The translations under genes and the position numbers were made by a program. The notes under the pieces were generated by a model. That model was not told where the DNA came from. It worked only from the letters and a program-made list of their open reading frames with translations, and ran no database searches. A stretch of 64,000 nt of DNA from a virus, in the IMG/VR virus record IMGVR_UViG_3300018424_005577, positions 1 through 64,000 of that record. One strand, given 5' to 3'. Within the stretch, counting starts at the first letter, position 1. Each line of letters begins with the position of its first letter. Of this stretch, positions 18,352 through 27,756 are shown in pieces.

Positions 18352-19861
18352 CCTTTAAAACGCACTCTATTAATTTTTCTGATTCCTCATTACTAGATTC
18401 TAGAGCAATACCAACTAATCCTGTTGACGCAATAGTTGTGCATACACCGTCTTGCCAGGCATATACTGGTTGTCCTTTAGATACTGGTCCACTAACACGC
18501 ACCGGAACACGACCTTTTAGTCCTAAAATTTGACCTTCGGCTTCTGCATTCATCAAATAAGCAGGCTTATCTGAAATAACTCCTATGCACATACAACTAG
18601 TACCAGCCGCTGTAGCTTCTTGTTTGCCGCCAACACACATTGCTGTGCCTACGGGGTATTCTTGATCTGTTAAATATTTTTCTGCTAAGTCAGCATAACG
18701 AGCAGTTAGTGCTGTACCAATAAATAGGTTTGCTTTTAAGTCACCCGAATTATCTCTTACAGCAATAGTATTCGCATTTGCTTCTATATCGCCTTGTCTA
18801 TTATTACCATTTACAACTAATGCTGTAGATTTTTCTGCAAGTCCAGTAAAATTATTTGCAAATATTTCATTAAATGGGAAGTTTGCACTACCAATAGCAA
18901 CTGTTTCGCTTACATATGCGTTTTCGTCTGTTTCTTCTATGTTTGTAACACCTGGAAGAAGTGCATCTGGTGTAATTCTTACAGTATTTTTAAGTGTTCC
19001 TGCGGCTGGCTTAGCTGATAAAAATATTGAATTACCAATTGTGTTTGCTATTGCTATTTTGTTGTCAGTTCCTGTAGGTACAAAAACTTGTAAGTCGTTA
19101 GAATCACCTACAGTAAAACCATCGTCTTTAAACTGAACTACATTTTCAAAGATAGTAGCCTGTCCTACAATAGATGTTACATATTGACTTGCATCTATGC
19201 CATTTAATTTTAACGCATTTGATGATGTACCCCAAAAGATATGTTCTGAGGTTGTTGTTCCGCCAGTCGATGCTTGAGTATTAACTAAAGTAATACCTCT
19301 TTTTACAATGTCAAAACCTGGAATTACATTTTCAGCATCTGTATTATCAATAGTAAATGCATCATTAGATATAATATGTACTACTGTATCATTAACTACA
19401 GAAGTAATAATACTGTGCGAAACTCCTAAGTTGTCACGTATTGAACGTGATTGCATCTGTGTAACGCCTTCGCCAGCATCCTGAGGTCCAATTAAAACCC
19501 AATCTGTTCCATTATAAGCATATAGCTGTTCGTTAGTTGTATCCCACCAAAAATCGCCTTCTGTTAGACCAGCAGGAGCAGTACCTGTAGTTTCTGCGCC
19601 ACCTGTTGTTCGCCATTTTGAACCATCAAAAAACTTTAATTTAGCTAGGGAAGAATCGAACCAAATTTGTCCACTTATTGCTCTAGGAGGAGGATTTGCT
19701 CCTGCAAAGTTTTCTAGTAGGAATAAAAAGTTTTCATTGTGTATTTCACCATACCCTGCGTAGTTTTTACCGACAAAATTCAAATCGGTAGTTTGATCGA
19801 TAGTACCGTCTTCAACTACAGTGAGTAATGTTTTATTATATCTATCTATTTGGTAAGCCAT
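18347..19861 (-). CDS. Tail fibre/spike protein with C-terminal intramolecular chaperone (peptidase G2-like) domain
   Basis: Shared N-terminal fibre module; C-terminal YADLAEKY...GVIS..PAYLMN...GRVPV.V.G.V.KG...G.ALE. Confidence 0.7.
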   Translation of the reverse strand: MAYQIDRYNKTLLTVVEDGTIDQTTDLNFVGKNYAGYGEIHNENFLFLLENFAGANPPPRAISGQIWFDSSLAKLKFFDGSKWRTTGGAETTGTAPAGLTEGDFWWDTTNEQLYAYNGTDWVLIGPQDAGEGVTQMQSRSIRDNLGVSHSIITSVVNDTVVHIISNDAFTIDNTDAENVIPGFDIVKRGITLVNTQASTGGTTTSEHIFWGTSSNALKLNGIDASQYVTSIVGQATIFENVVQFKDDGFTVGDSNDLQVFVPTGTDNKIAIANTIGNSIFLSAKPAAGTLKNTVRITPDALLPGVTNIEETDENAYVSETVAIGSANFPFNEIFANNFTGLAEKSTALVVNGNNRQGDIEANANTIAVRDNSGDLKANLFIGTALTARYADLAEKYLTDQEYPVGTAMCVGGKQEATAAGTSCMCIGVISDKPAYLMNAEAEGQILGLKGRVPVRVSGPVSKGQPVYAWQDGVCTTIASTGLVGIALESSNEESEKLIECVLKV

Positions 19862-19886
19862 GTTGTTCGATTCCTATTAACTACTG

Positions 19887-19894
19887 TATTTATT
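19887..19894 (-). promoter_or_regulatory. Late promoter variant AATAAATA
   Basis: TAAATA core in the intergenic gap about 25 nt upstream of ATG 19861. Confidence 0.6.
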
Positions 19895-19906
19895 CCTATT
19901 TTCAAT

Positions 19907-20365
19907 TTATTGTAATTGCATCAAACAAGCCCAGCTTCTTGTACTACTTGCTATGTCAACTTTGTGTATTTGTTTTAGACTAAATTTTATACCTTCGCCT
20001 TTTTGCAAAGTTACTGTTTGTCCTGCAACTGTAATTGAATTGTTGTTTACTAAAGAATATGCTACAACAGTTCCCGAGTCTGGCTTATCTACCCAATAGT
20101 CCATTTCATCTAAAAATCCTGTATTTCCTGGAAATTCTAAAAACCAACCAACTATTGCAGTAGACATATGATCATTTAACAAAGTTTTAAAATTATTCCT
20201 TTGTTCTAATGACCAGTCATGCCATTTTGATGTACTGTATACACTTAACTTGTCTAAGCCGTTAGTGCCTATTCTTACATTGTTAGAAGAAAATGCAACA
20301 TCAGCTTTAATATTAATTAAAGAATCTACAGTAGCATTATCTAATTGTTCTAGTGTTTCATGCAT
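19907..20365 (-). CDS. Cupin/2OG-oxygenase-like protein, possibly degenerate
   Basis: LQKGEGIKF...IHKV...R pattern, but no HxD motif. Confidence 0.4.
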   Translation of the reverse strand: MHETLEQLDNATVDSLINIKADVAFSSNNVRIGTNGLDKLSVYSTSKWHDWSLEQRNNFKTLLNDHMSTAIVGWFLEFPGNTGFLDEMDYWVDKPDSGTVVAYSLVNNNSITVAGQTVTLQKGEGIKFSLKQIHKVDIASSTRSWACLMQLQ

Positions 20366-20372
20366 ATTTTTC

Positions 20373-20852
20373 TCACTCGTACAAATAAACTAAAGAGTAT
20401 CTTAATTTTTTAGCAGGAGGAACAGAATGTATAGGTCCTATCCCTTCAATAAGCACTCCTTGTCCTATTTTGTCTTCTACAAATTTATCTTCCTCGTCAA
20501 TATATAGACCATCTCCGCTTTCTTGTAAACTTATAACTAAGTTTCTTCTAAAATCGTGTTTGTCTTTGTGCTGGCCTATATAATCTCCTATTTTATATCT
20601 GTTAACTGCTAAATCAGCTAACTTAAAATCTTCGTATACAGGAGCAATTTCTTTTAATTGTTCCTTCATTTCTTTTTTCATTTGCATATGGTTACAATAA
20701 TCGTAAGCACATGTAGAATTATTAATAGCTCTACCCGGCTGTAATTTAGTTCTTCTAATCCACCTAGGCTCTTCGATAGATTCAATGAGTTTATAGACAG
20801 ATTCTACTGTGTCTTTATCAAAAACCTCATAAATCACTAAATTGTCCTTCAT
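20373..20852 (-). CDS. 2OG-Fe(II) oxygenase (prolyl-hydroxylase-like); start uncertain
   Basis: VNRYKIGDYIGQHKD (HxD), HSVPP, RYSLV: facial triad plus RxS. Confidence 0.75.
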   Translation of the reverse strand: MKDNLVIYEVFDKDTVESVYKLIESIEEPRWIRRTKLQPGRAINNSTCAYDYCNHMQMKKEMKEQLKEIAPVYEDFKLADLAVNRYKIGDYIGQHKDKHDFRRNLVISLQESGDGLYIDEEDKFVEDKIGQGVLIEGIGPIHSVPPAKKLRYSLVYLYE

Positions 20853-21345
20853 AAGCCTGTATACTACCTTCATATTTTGTAGCAATCATTTCATCTAATT
20901 CTTCAGTACTCTTATAATTGTATTCTGTACTGTTAGCATAGAATTGTTTGCGTATTGCATTGGCTCTTTTTATTTCGTTGATATAATCATTCATAATTTT
21001 TATATCAGTTGAATCAACGCCTGCCGCATCGGCTAAACGCTCTATTGTATTGCCAATTATTGTTAATTGCTTTTCTATTGGATATTCTTTTACAATTTTA
21101 TTCCTAGCAAGTTCATTGAGCATATCTTCGTTTATTTCTAAAGGTTGCTCGTGTATATTTACTATAGAAAAATTATCGTATGTTCCTACAACTGTTTCGT
21201 TGTCAATATCAATTTCTATTTCTTTGTAAAGGTAATAGTCATGATTTAACAAGGACATGTCTGGGACAGTTCCTAACACCATTGTAAACATATTGTTTAA
21301 CTTATTAAATTGGGCTAACGCTGTAATTCTTGTTATTTCTGTCAT
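20827..21345 (-). CDS. Hypothetical protein, possible tail-fibre assembly chaperone
   Basis: Directly follows a fibre gene; has a helical segment RNKIVKEYPIEKQL. Confidence 0.4.
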   Translation of the reverse strand: MTEITRITALAQFNKLNNMFTMVLGTVPDMSLLNHDYYLYKEIEIDIDNETVVGTYDNFSIVNIHEQPLEINEDMLNELARNKIVKEYPIEKQLTIIGNTIERLADAAGVDSTDIKIMNDYINEIKRANAIRKQFYANSTEYNYKSTEELDEMIATKYEGSIQAYEGQFSDL

Positions 21346-21347
21346 AA

Positions 21348-23159
21348 TTAACCTCCGATGTTAGTCCAAGTATTTGCACCAGTCTTTTTGACTGTACGTC
21401 TATATCTATCACTTATACTTACACTACCACCATTAGAGTTTGCAGGTCTTGTGTAGTTTCTTTCTTCCCAAAATGAAACTCTAGTACCATTAGGATAGTT
21501 TGCATAAGTTGCTTTTACATTACTGAATGTTGTAGCGCCTGCCCAAAGCGGATCACTTTGTGCAACTAAATCGTCTACATATTGTTTTGTAGCGGCATGC
21601 ATGTCACTTGTAGGATCAGCATGTAAAGTAATGTAGCCGCTAACTGCGCCACCAGTTTTTCTATAAAACTGAGTTTGTGCAACGCCGCCGACTGTATTTG
21701 AATCTCTAGCTAACGCGGCTTCGTCTGCAAAGTCTGCCGCTACTGCTTTACCGTCTACTTCTAAAAAATCTACTGCTTGTAATCCATCCAGTGTATCTGC
21801 GTTTAAACCTGAACCAGGGCCGTCATTACCGGCATGCCATATTTCATTGCCCTTCCATTCAAACTTAGCTGTGTCGATATACAATAATTCTGTAAGAGCA
21901 TCACCCGGACTAACACTATCAGCTGTAATAAACAATGCTCCGTCAGTTGCAGGATTGCCATCTCTAAGGTTTATGATTCTACTGTCATTGTTTACAGTTC
22001 CGCTCAGTGACGTTCTTGCACCGCCGTTCTTAAATTCAAAACCTTCGCCTGCATTAATATACAATTCATTTACTGTTAATTTTCCATTAAGGACATCATC
22101 TTCGTCGCTTCTTAAGAACTGTGTAGAATCTATACCATCTAATAGTTCTGCATCTACTGCCTTTGCACTTACTTTAAGAAAATCAGTATGATTGTAACCA
22201 TCTAAAGTATCTGCATCTAATCCAGATCCAGATCCGTGATTACCGCTGTGCCAAATAGTATTTCCAAGATAAGTTAATCCTAATGTATTAGCACTTGGAT
22301 TAATTTTTAAAGTTTCTGTGTTACCTGCTAAAAATATTGTATTATCTGTACTTCTGTTTTGTAAAACTAATTTTTGTTCAGCATCATAACCTTTAATGTA
22401 TATGTCACCTGCTACCCAATTTATTCCAGTGCCAGAAGTAGATAATGTAAATTCTCCGGTTAGAGCAGTGTTTTGATCACTTCTTAAAAATTGTGTGTTA
22501 TTTAATCCGTCTAACAATTCAGCATTTGTTGCTGTTCCCCAAAACCAAGTTTCAGCAGGATCAGTTATTCCATCTGCAGATTGTGAATCAGCAAGTGTTA
22601 TACCTTTTCTAATAATTGTGTAACCAGTAATAGGATTAGAAGCATTTAACGTGAATTCATCATCGCTTATAACAAACATTACTACATCGTCAACTACTGC
22701 TTTTATAATTGCATGTTCTGTGCCTATTGTATCTAATACTAAAGCACTTACCATACGTGTAGTGTTTGGTCCTGCCTTTTCTGGTCCTATTAGCTCTAAC
22801 GCTGTACCGTTATAAGCATACCATTGCTTTTTATCCGAATCCCACCATGCATCACCTTCTTGCAAATTAGTTGGTGCAGTGTCAGATACTTGGGTAACAC
22901 CCAATGTTCTCCATATACTATTATCGTAAACTTTAATTTTTTTAGAACCGCTATCGTACCAAAGCTGACCGCTTAAAGGTTTGCTAGGAGGATTGCCTCC
23001 TGCAAAATTTTCTAGCAAGTATAAGAAATTTTCGTTTTGTATTTCGCCATAACCGGCAAAGTTTTTACCAATGAACTGTAGTTCAGTAGTTCTATCTATT
23101 GTACCATCTTCTATAACTGCTAGAAGTGTTCTATCAAATCTATTAATTGAATACGACAT
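21348..23159 (-). CDS. Tail fibre protein
   Basis: Shared N-terminal module; shaft repeats WHxGNxGxGSGLxADTLDG and AELLDGxxxTQFLRSD; AATKQYVD. Confidence 0.8.
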   Translation of the reverse strand: MSYSINRFDRTLLAVIEDGTIDRTTELQFIGKNFAGYGEIQNENFLYLLENFAGGNPPSKPLSGQLWYDSGSKKIKVYDNSIWRTLGVTQVSDTAPTNLQEGDAWWDSDKKQWYAYNGTALELIGPEKAGPNTTRMVSALVLDTIGTEHAIIKAVVDDVVMFVISDDEFTLNASNPITGYTIIRKGITLADSQSADGITDPAETWFWGTATNAELLDGLNNTQFLRSDQNTALTGEFTLSTSGTGINWVAGDIYIKGYDAEQKLVLQNRSTDNTIFLAGNTETLKINPSANTLGLTYLGNTIWHSGNHGSGSGLDADTLDGYNHTDFLKVSAKAVDAELLDGIDSTQFLRSDEDDVLNGKLTVNELYINAGEGFEFKNGGARTSLSGTVNNDSRIINLRDGNPATDGALFITADSVSPGDALTELLYIDTAKFEWKGNEIWHAGNDGPGSGLNADTLDGLQAVDFLEVDGKAVAADFADEAALARDSNTVGGVAQTQFYRKTGGAVSGYITLHADPTSDMHAATKQYVDDLVAQSDPLWAGATTFSNVKATYANYPNGTRVSFWEERNYTRPANSNGGSVSISDRYRRTVKKTGANTWTNIGG

Positions 23160-23180
23160 GCCTAACCCTATCTATATTGG

Positions 23181-23188
23181 TATTTATC
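23181..23188 (-). promoter_or_regulatory. Late promoter variant GATAAATA
   Basis: TAAATA core, intergenic, 21 nt before ATG 23159. Confidence 0.6.
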
Positions 23189-23192
23189 GGAT

Positions 23193-25049
23193 CTACGTAG
23201 TGCTTACCCAAACCCATGTACCTCCGCTTGTTCTAAATAACATATTACTTCTGTCAGGCACAAAAGATGCAGATCCTGCAACAGGATCAAAGTTAACATC
23301 TTCAACTACCGATACAGCAGAACTGTCATCTGCCATGACACTAATGTAACTCTTGTTCATTGCCCCTTGAACGTCAATACCAGTAACGTTAACATTAGAA
23401 TAAGAAGTACAATGTATTCTTGCTTCGACGCCATCTTCGAAATTAGCTGCCGTTGCAATGTCTTCTAAAATATCTCTTACATCTGTATAAGGATTAGCTA
23501 CTGACGGTACAGTCAATCCAGTAATATCAATTGATAGTGCAAAATTTTGACTTCTTAATTGAGTGTCAACATATGTTTTTGTTGTAGCGTCTTGTGCATT
23601 TGTAGGATTTGCTAGATTTGTAATTTTACTATTTGTTACAGAAATATCGCCCGAAGCATTTATGTTTAACGGTGTGCTTACTGTAATTGTGCTTCCATCA
23701 ATATTAACGTTGTCTACGTCAAGCTCTACAAGTGTGCCTATACTAGTTAATCCATTAGCAGTAGTAACTGTAGACCCCAGTGTAGTTCTACTTAAAACTA
23801 ATTGATCCTCAATCCTATAATCTTTTCCTAGCGGTATGTTTATAGTTTCTGTTAGATCAAAACTTTGAGTAGCATTATCAAAAGTAATTGATTTATCACC
23901 ATCAGTAGATTTCATAATAACGCCGGCACCGTCGATTTGAGCATCAGTGCCCGGTGTACCGCCTTCTACTACTCCTAGTTCTATGTTGATGTCTGCAATT
24001 TGTAAATTATCAATGTTAATATACGTTGTGTTACCGTTTACAGTTAAATTTCCATCAATTATTGCATCGCCAGTTGATCTAAATGTTCCGTCAACATCTA
24101 AAGTATACTCGGGATCATCTCTATAGATACCTACCCTACTAGTTGCACCATCTGCATAAAATGCATTTTCGAATCTGTTTGATGTTCTAGTTCTAATTGT
24201 TATAGCAGTTTCTTTTTGTTGCGTTTCTAAAGAAGTTGTAGTTCCTATAACTTTAAGAGTTGCATATTCTTCTTCCTCAAGTGCAATACCTAAACCTGCT
24301 GGATTTCTAATAATAATACTACCGGTTGTTTCACCATTTTCTGTAGTTGGTAAAAAGTCTGCACTAGTAAATGCATTACCCTGAACATCAACAAGTGAAC
24401 GTGATTTTGCCGCAGTTCCTTGATAAAAGAACGTAGAGTCTACTAAATTAAATCCTTTTAAAAATAACTGTCTTGCAGGAAAAACAACATCGTCAGGATC
24501 ATCGGGGTATCCAGGCATTTTGTTTGTACCGCTTAATCTAAATTCTTCTTTGGTTATAACACCAAATAATGTTCCGCCTATCCAAATTTTAAGAACAACA
24601 CGCTCTCTGGCAGAAATATCAATGACAGAAACAACTTCAAATCCTGTTTGCCCTTGGCCTGAATCATAATCTGGTCCTACTAGAACAAGATCAGTTCCGT
24701 CAAAGAAATACATTTTGTTATTTGCGTTGTCTATCCATATATCGCCTGCAACCATGTCTGGTCTAGTAGCAGATACAATCGGTCCTCCCGAAGTTCTAAA
24801 ACTAGTACCATCATATAGTCTAAGTCTTTGCGAACTTGTATCATACCAAAGCTGTCCTACTAATGGATTGCTAGGCGCACCGGTTGATGCAAAATTTTCT
24901 AGAATTTTAATAAAGTTTTCGTTTACTGCTTCACCGAACCCTTTAAAATTTCTACCAATAAGAGTTACATCAGTTGTAGTAGTATCTATCTGTCCGTCTG
25001 CTAGTTCTACTAGTAATTCGCCATCAGTTTTATTTAATTTGTAACTCAT
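23193..25049 (-). CDS. Tail fibre protein
   Basis: Shared N-terminal module; GNLTVNGNTT and ITNLANPTNAQDATTKTYVD fibre motifs. Confidence 0.8.
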   Translation of the reverse strand: MSYKLNKTDGELLVELADGQIDTTTTDVTLIGRNFKGFGEAVNENFIKILENFASTGAPSNPLVGQLWYDTSSQRLRLYDGTSFRTSGGPIVSATRPDMVAGDIWIDNANNKMYFFDGTDLVLVGPDYDSGQGQTGFEVVSVIDISARERVVLKIWIGGTLFGVITKEEFRLSGTNKMPGYPDDPDDVVFPARQLFLKGFNLVDSTFFYQGTAAKSRSLVDVQGNAFTSADFLPTTENGETTGSIIIRNPAGLGIALEEEEYATLKVIGTTTSLETQQKETAITIRTRTSNRFENAFYADGATSRVGIYRDDPEYTLDVDGTFRSTGDAIIDGNLTVNGNTTYINIDNLQIADINIELGVVEGGTPGTDAQIDGAGVIMKSTDGDKSITFDNATQSFDLTETINIPLGKDYRIEDQLVLSRTTLGSTVTTANGLTSIGTLVELDVDNVNIDGSTITVSTPLNINASGDISVTNSKITNLANPTNAQDATTKTYVDTQLRSQNFALSIDITGLTVPSVANPYTDVRDILEDIATAANFEDGVEARIHCTSYSNVNVTGIDVQGAMNKSYISVMADDSSAVSVVEDVNFDPVAGSASFVPDRSNMLFRTSGGTWVWVSTT

Positions 25050-27112
25050 TAGGTTAACGCCCTCCCTGTGTAAATGATGTAGTTGATCGTCATTGTAGGA
25101 GGCATAACATTAAACGGAATTTGATCTTCTGGATAACTTTGAATTCCTCCGCTGTTTGGAAGTGCCTGTCCTGATCCTGATCCTGTTGGTGAATCATATG
25201 GTGTTGCATCTGAATCACTCGGTGTGCCGCTAATATCTCTAATTGCGTAATACTGAGCACCTTCTGAACCATCACCTTTTAAATCGTGTTTGTGATCAGG
25301 TAAGTTTCCAGTAATAAGCAACTTATCTTCTGCTCCGCCAACTTGTCCTAAACCATCTGCATAATCTGCTTGTACATTGTTAGCACTTGTGCCGCCCATG
25401 TTGTCTGCACCTAGGGGTAATCTGCCTCGTAAATCTGGTACTCTAAATAATCCTGCTTCTGCTAGTGTGTTTCCAGGACTTGTTACAGACTCTAGTGTTC
25501 TTGCTCCATATAAAAATTTAATTACATCATACAATTCACCAGGGTTGTTATAGTCAGAAATTCTGTGTTCTCCTCCGTCACACAATAACCATGCACTGTT
25601 AGGAGGTGTAACGCCTGCATATGGTAAAATCATTCCTGCAAAGAAGCTAGGTACGGCAGCTAAAAAGTCGTCACGTTGTATTTTAAACAATCCTGTACTT
25701 TTATTGATCAAAATTTCATCTGTTCTTTCTGTTACAGATGTTTCATCCTGATCACCAATAAAATCATTTCGTAGTTTTGTATCAAATATCTTTAACGATC
25801 CGCCAGTTTGTCCATCAAATGTAACATCATCTGCTGTAATATCACCAATAAGTCTAAATGTACTTGCAGATGTTAGTTTATTTGCTGTACCTGCTGTACC
25901 AGATACTGTACCGTTAACATTACCTGTTACGTTTCCTACGAAAGTTGTAGCATAAACATTTTGCCATTTAGAAGTTGCTGAACCTAAATTCCTTGTGTTG
26001 TTACCATCAGGTATAGTATTACCTAACGTAGTAAGATTACTTACTTTTAAATCTCCTCCAACATTAACATTTTTTGCTATTCCAGCGCCGCCTTTGGTAA
26101 TAAAACTACCTGTGCTAATAGTTTGACTTTCTGTTGTTCCGTTAATGAATACGCCTGAATCTGTCTGTATATTTCCTACAACATCTAGTGCTTCGTCAGG
26201 AGCTTCGTTGTTTATACCTAATCTTAATGCACTATCAACACGCAATACTGTTTTTGTAGATCCTTGATTTCTAACACGAACGTCAATATTAGATCCTTCA
26301 ATTTGGTGTTGTATTATACCTGCCTGTCCTTCAACTGCAAAGTTTAGGGCGGCATCTGTACCGACTGTTAATCCTGTATTGTTTTGTACATTCAAAGGAA
26401 ATAGTGTTGTACTAGTTGTGTCGCCTCTTAAGAAGTTACCAGCTAAAACTGTATTGTTGTTAACAATCAAAGATTCTGCTTTTTCAGAAGTACCAATGAA
26501 TTTTGGAGTTCCTGTACCTGATATATCTCTAGTTGATAAATTTATACCAGGTTTAAGAGTAGTAAATCCTGGAATAACTGTTTTAGGTGTGAATCCGTCT
26601 TTAGTTATAATTGCAACAGGTTGTGCCGCAACTTCAACTTGTATAACTGTATATGTTACATTATCAGTGCCAACAAGATTAGTAGGCGTTGCACCTGTAA
26701 CTAAACCATCACTAAAATTAGGTCCTACTAATACCCAGCCAGAACCTGAATTCAAATAAAGCTGTTGGTTATCAGTATCTACCCAAAGATCACCAGTTTG
26801 CGACAATGCAACATCAGGTTCAGATGGTGATTTATTCAATCCGCCTGCTGGTACCCAACTTGTGCCATCATAAATTTTTAGTTGTTCAGATCCTACTGTA
26901 CTGTTATACCATAACTGTCCTTCTGAAGGTCTTGCTGGCTCAGTTGCACTTGCAAAATTCTCTAACAAATGTAGGAAATTTTCTGCAATAGTTACACCGT
27001 AACTACTAGTATTTCTTCCTGGTAACTTTATAGTTGTTTCATTGTTAATAGTGTTATCTTCAACAATTAAAACACCTTTAGTTTGATCTGTATAGGGTAT
27101 TTGATAAGCCAT
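25049..27112 (-). CDS. Tail fibre with tail-collar domain (T4 gp12/short fibre-like C-terminus)
   Basis: Shared N-terminal module; GMILPYAG..PP..WLLCDG...FRVPDLRGR collar; LPDHKH (HxH); NVMPP...NYII. Confidence 0.85.
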   Translation of the reverse strand: MAYQIPYTDQTKGVLIVEDNTINNETTIKLPGRNTSSYGVTIAENFLHLLENFASATEPARPSEGQLWYNSTVGSEQLKIYDGTSWVPAGGLNKSPSEPDVALSQTGDLWVDTDNQQLYLNSGSGWVLVGPNFSDGLVTGATPTNLVGTDNVTYTVIQVEVAAQPVAIITKDGFTPKTVIPGFTTLKPGINLSTRDISGTGTPKFIGTSEKAESLIVNNNTVLAGNFLRGDTTSTTLFPLNVQNNTGLTVGTDAALNFAVEGQAGIIQHQIEGSNIDVRVRNQGSTKTVLRVDSALRLGINNEAPDEALDVVGNIQTDSGVFINGTTESQTISTGSFITKGGAGIAKNVNVGGDLKVSNLTTLGNTIPDGNNTRNLGSATSKWQNVYATTFVGNVTGNVNGTVSGTAGTANKLTSASTFRLIGDITADDVTFDGQTGGSLKIFDTKLRNDFIGDQDETSVTERTDEILINKSTGLFKIQRDDFLAAVPSFFAGMILPYAGVTPPNSAWLLCDGGEHRISDYNNPGELYDVIKFLYGARTLESVTSPGNTLAEAGLFRVPDLRGRLPLGADNMGGTSANNVQADYADGLGQVGGAEDKLLITGNLPDHKHDLKGDGSEGAQYYAIRDISGTPSDSDATPYDSPTGSGSGQALPNSGGIQSYPEDQIPFNVMPPTMTINYIIYTGRALT

Positions 27113-27116
27113 TTAA

Positions 27117-27731
27117 TTACCCCTCGTTAAAACCGCTTAATGATTGTACACGAACTGTATAATCAATTTGTATTAATCTGTTAAGTGACTTCTGTACTGG
27201 ATGGAAAATTACATGTGTTAGCAATCTACCTGTACCATCTGCAGAATAGCTTCTTAAACCTAGCTCATCAAAAATATACGAACTATTTTCATCTGTGGCA
27301 GTATCAAATGCATCTTGTCCGCTTGGTTCGCTATAGTCTAATAAACATGTCACTAAAATATCTGTATAGTTTGTACCGCTGACATGACGTGTTTCAATTT
27401 TATTCCTTATAGGATCAATATTGTTTACGCTTCTGTCATCAATAACTTTTGAATAAGTTTGATTGTACAAACTTGCATTAGTTCCTGTGCTATTTGGTGT
27501 GAGGTATGTAATTATTCCAGTAGGATCTACTGAAGTGCCTCCATTACCAAAACTCATTTCGTATATCCAACCGTCGCCCTTGTTTCCTATAGACTCTGCA
27601 AGAGATATACTCATATTCTCATAGTGTATGGCATTACGTTTATCTATTAAAACTTCGCCCGATTTAGGGTCATGAATTTTAATATGTCCTTGTAGCAATA
27701 CACCGCTTTGATCTTTAAAATTGTCTGCCAT
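27117..27731 (-). CDS. Baseplate/fibre-attachment protein (putative)
   Basis: Lies between the wedge and fibre genes; beta-rich, with FGNGG...DELGL...HPVQK. Confidence 0.5.
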   Translation of the reverse strand: MADNFKDQSGVLLQGHIKIHDPKSGEVLIDKRNAIHYENMSISLAESIGNKGDGWIYEMSFGNGGTSVDPTGIITYLTPNSTGTNASLYNQTYSKVIDDRSVNNIDPIRNKIETRHVSGTNYTDILVTCLLDYSEPSGQDAFDTATDENSSYIFDELGLRSYSADGTGRLLTHVIFHPVQKSLNRLIQIDYTVRVQSLSGFNEG

Positions 27732-27748
27732 TTTATTTTCCTATACAG

Positions 27749-27756
27749 TATTTATC
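27749..27756 (-). promoter_or_regulatory. Late promoter variant GATAAATA
   Basis: Overlaps the stop codon of the giant gene, 17 nt before ATG 27731. Confidence 0.6.
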
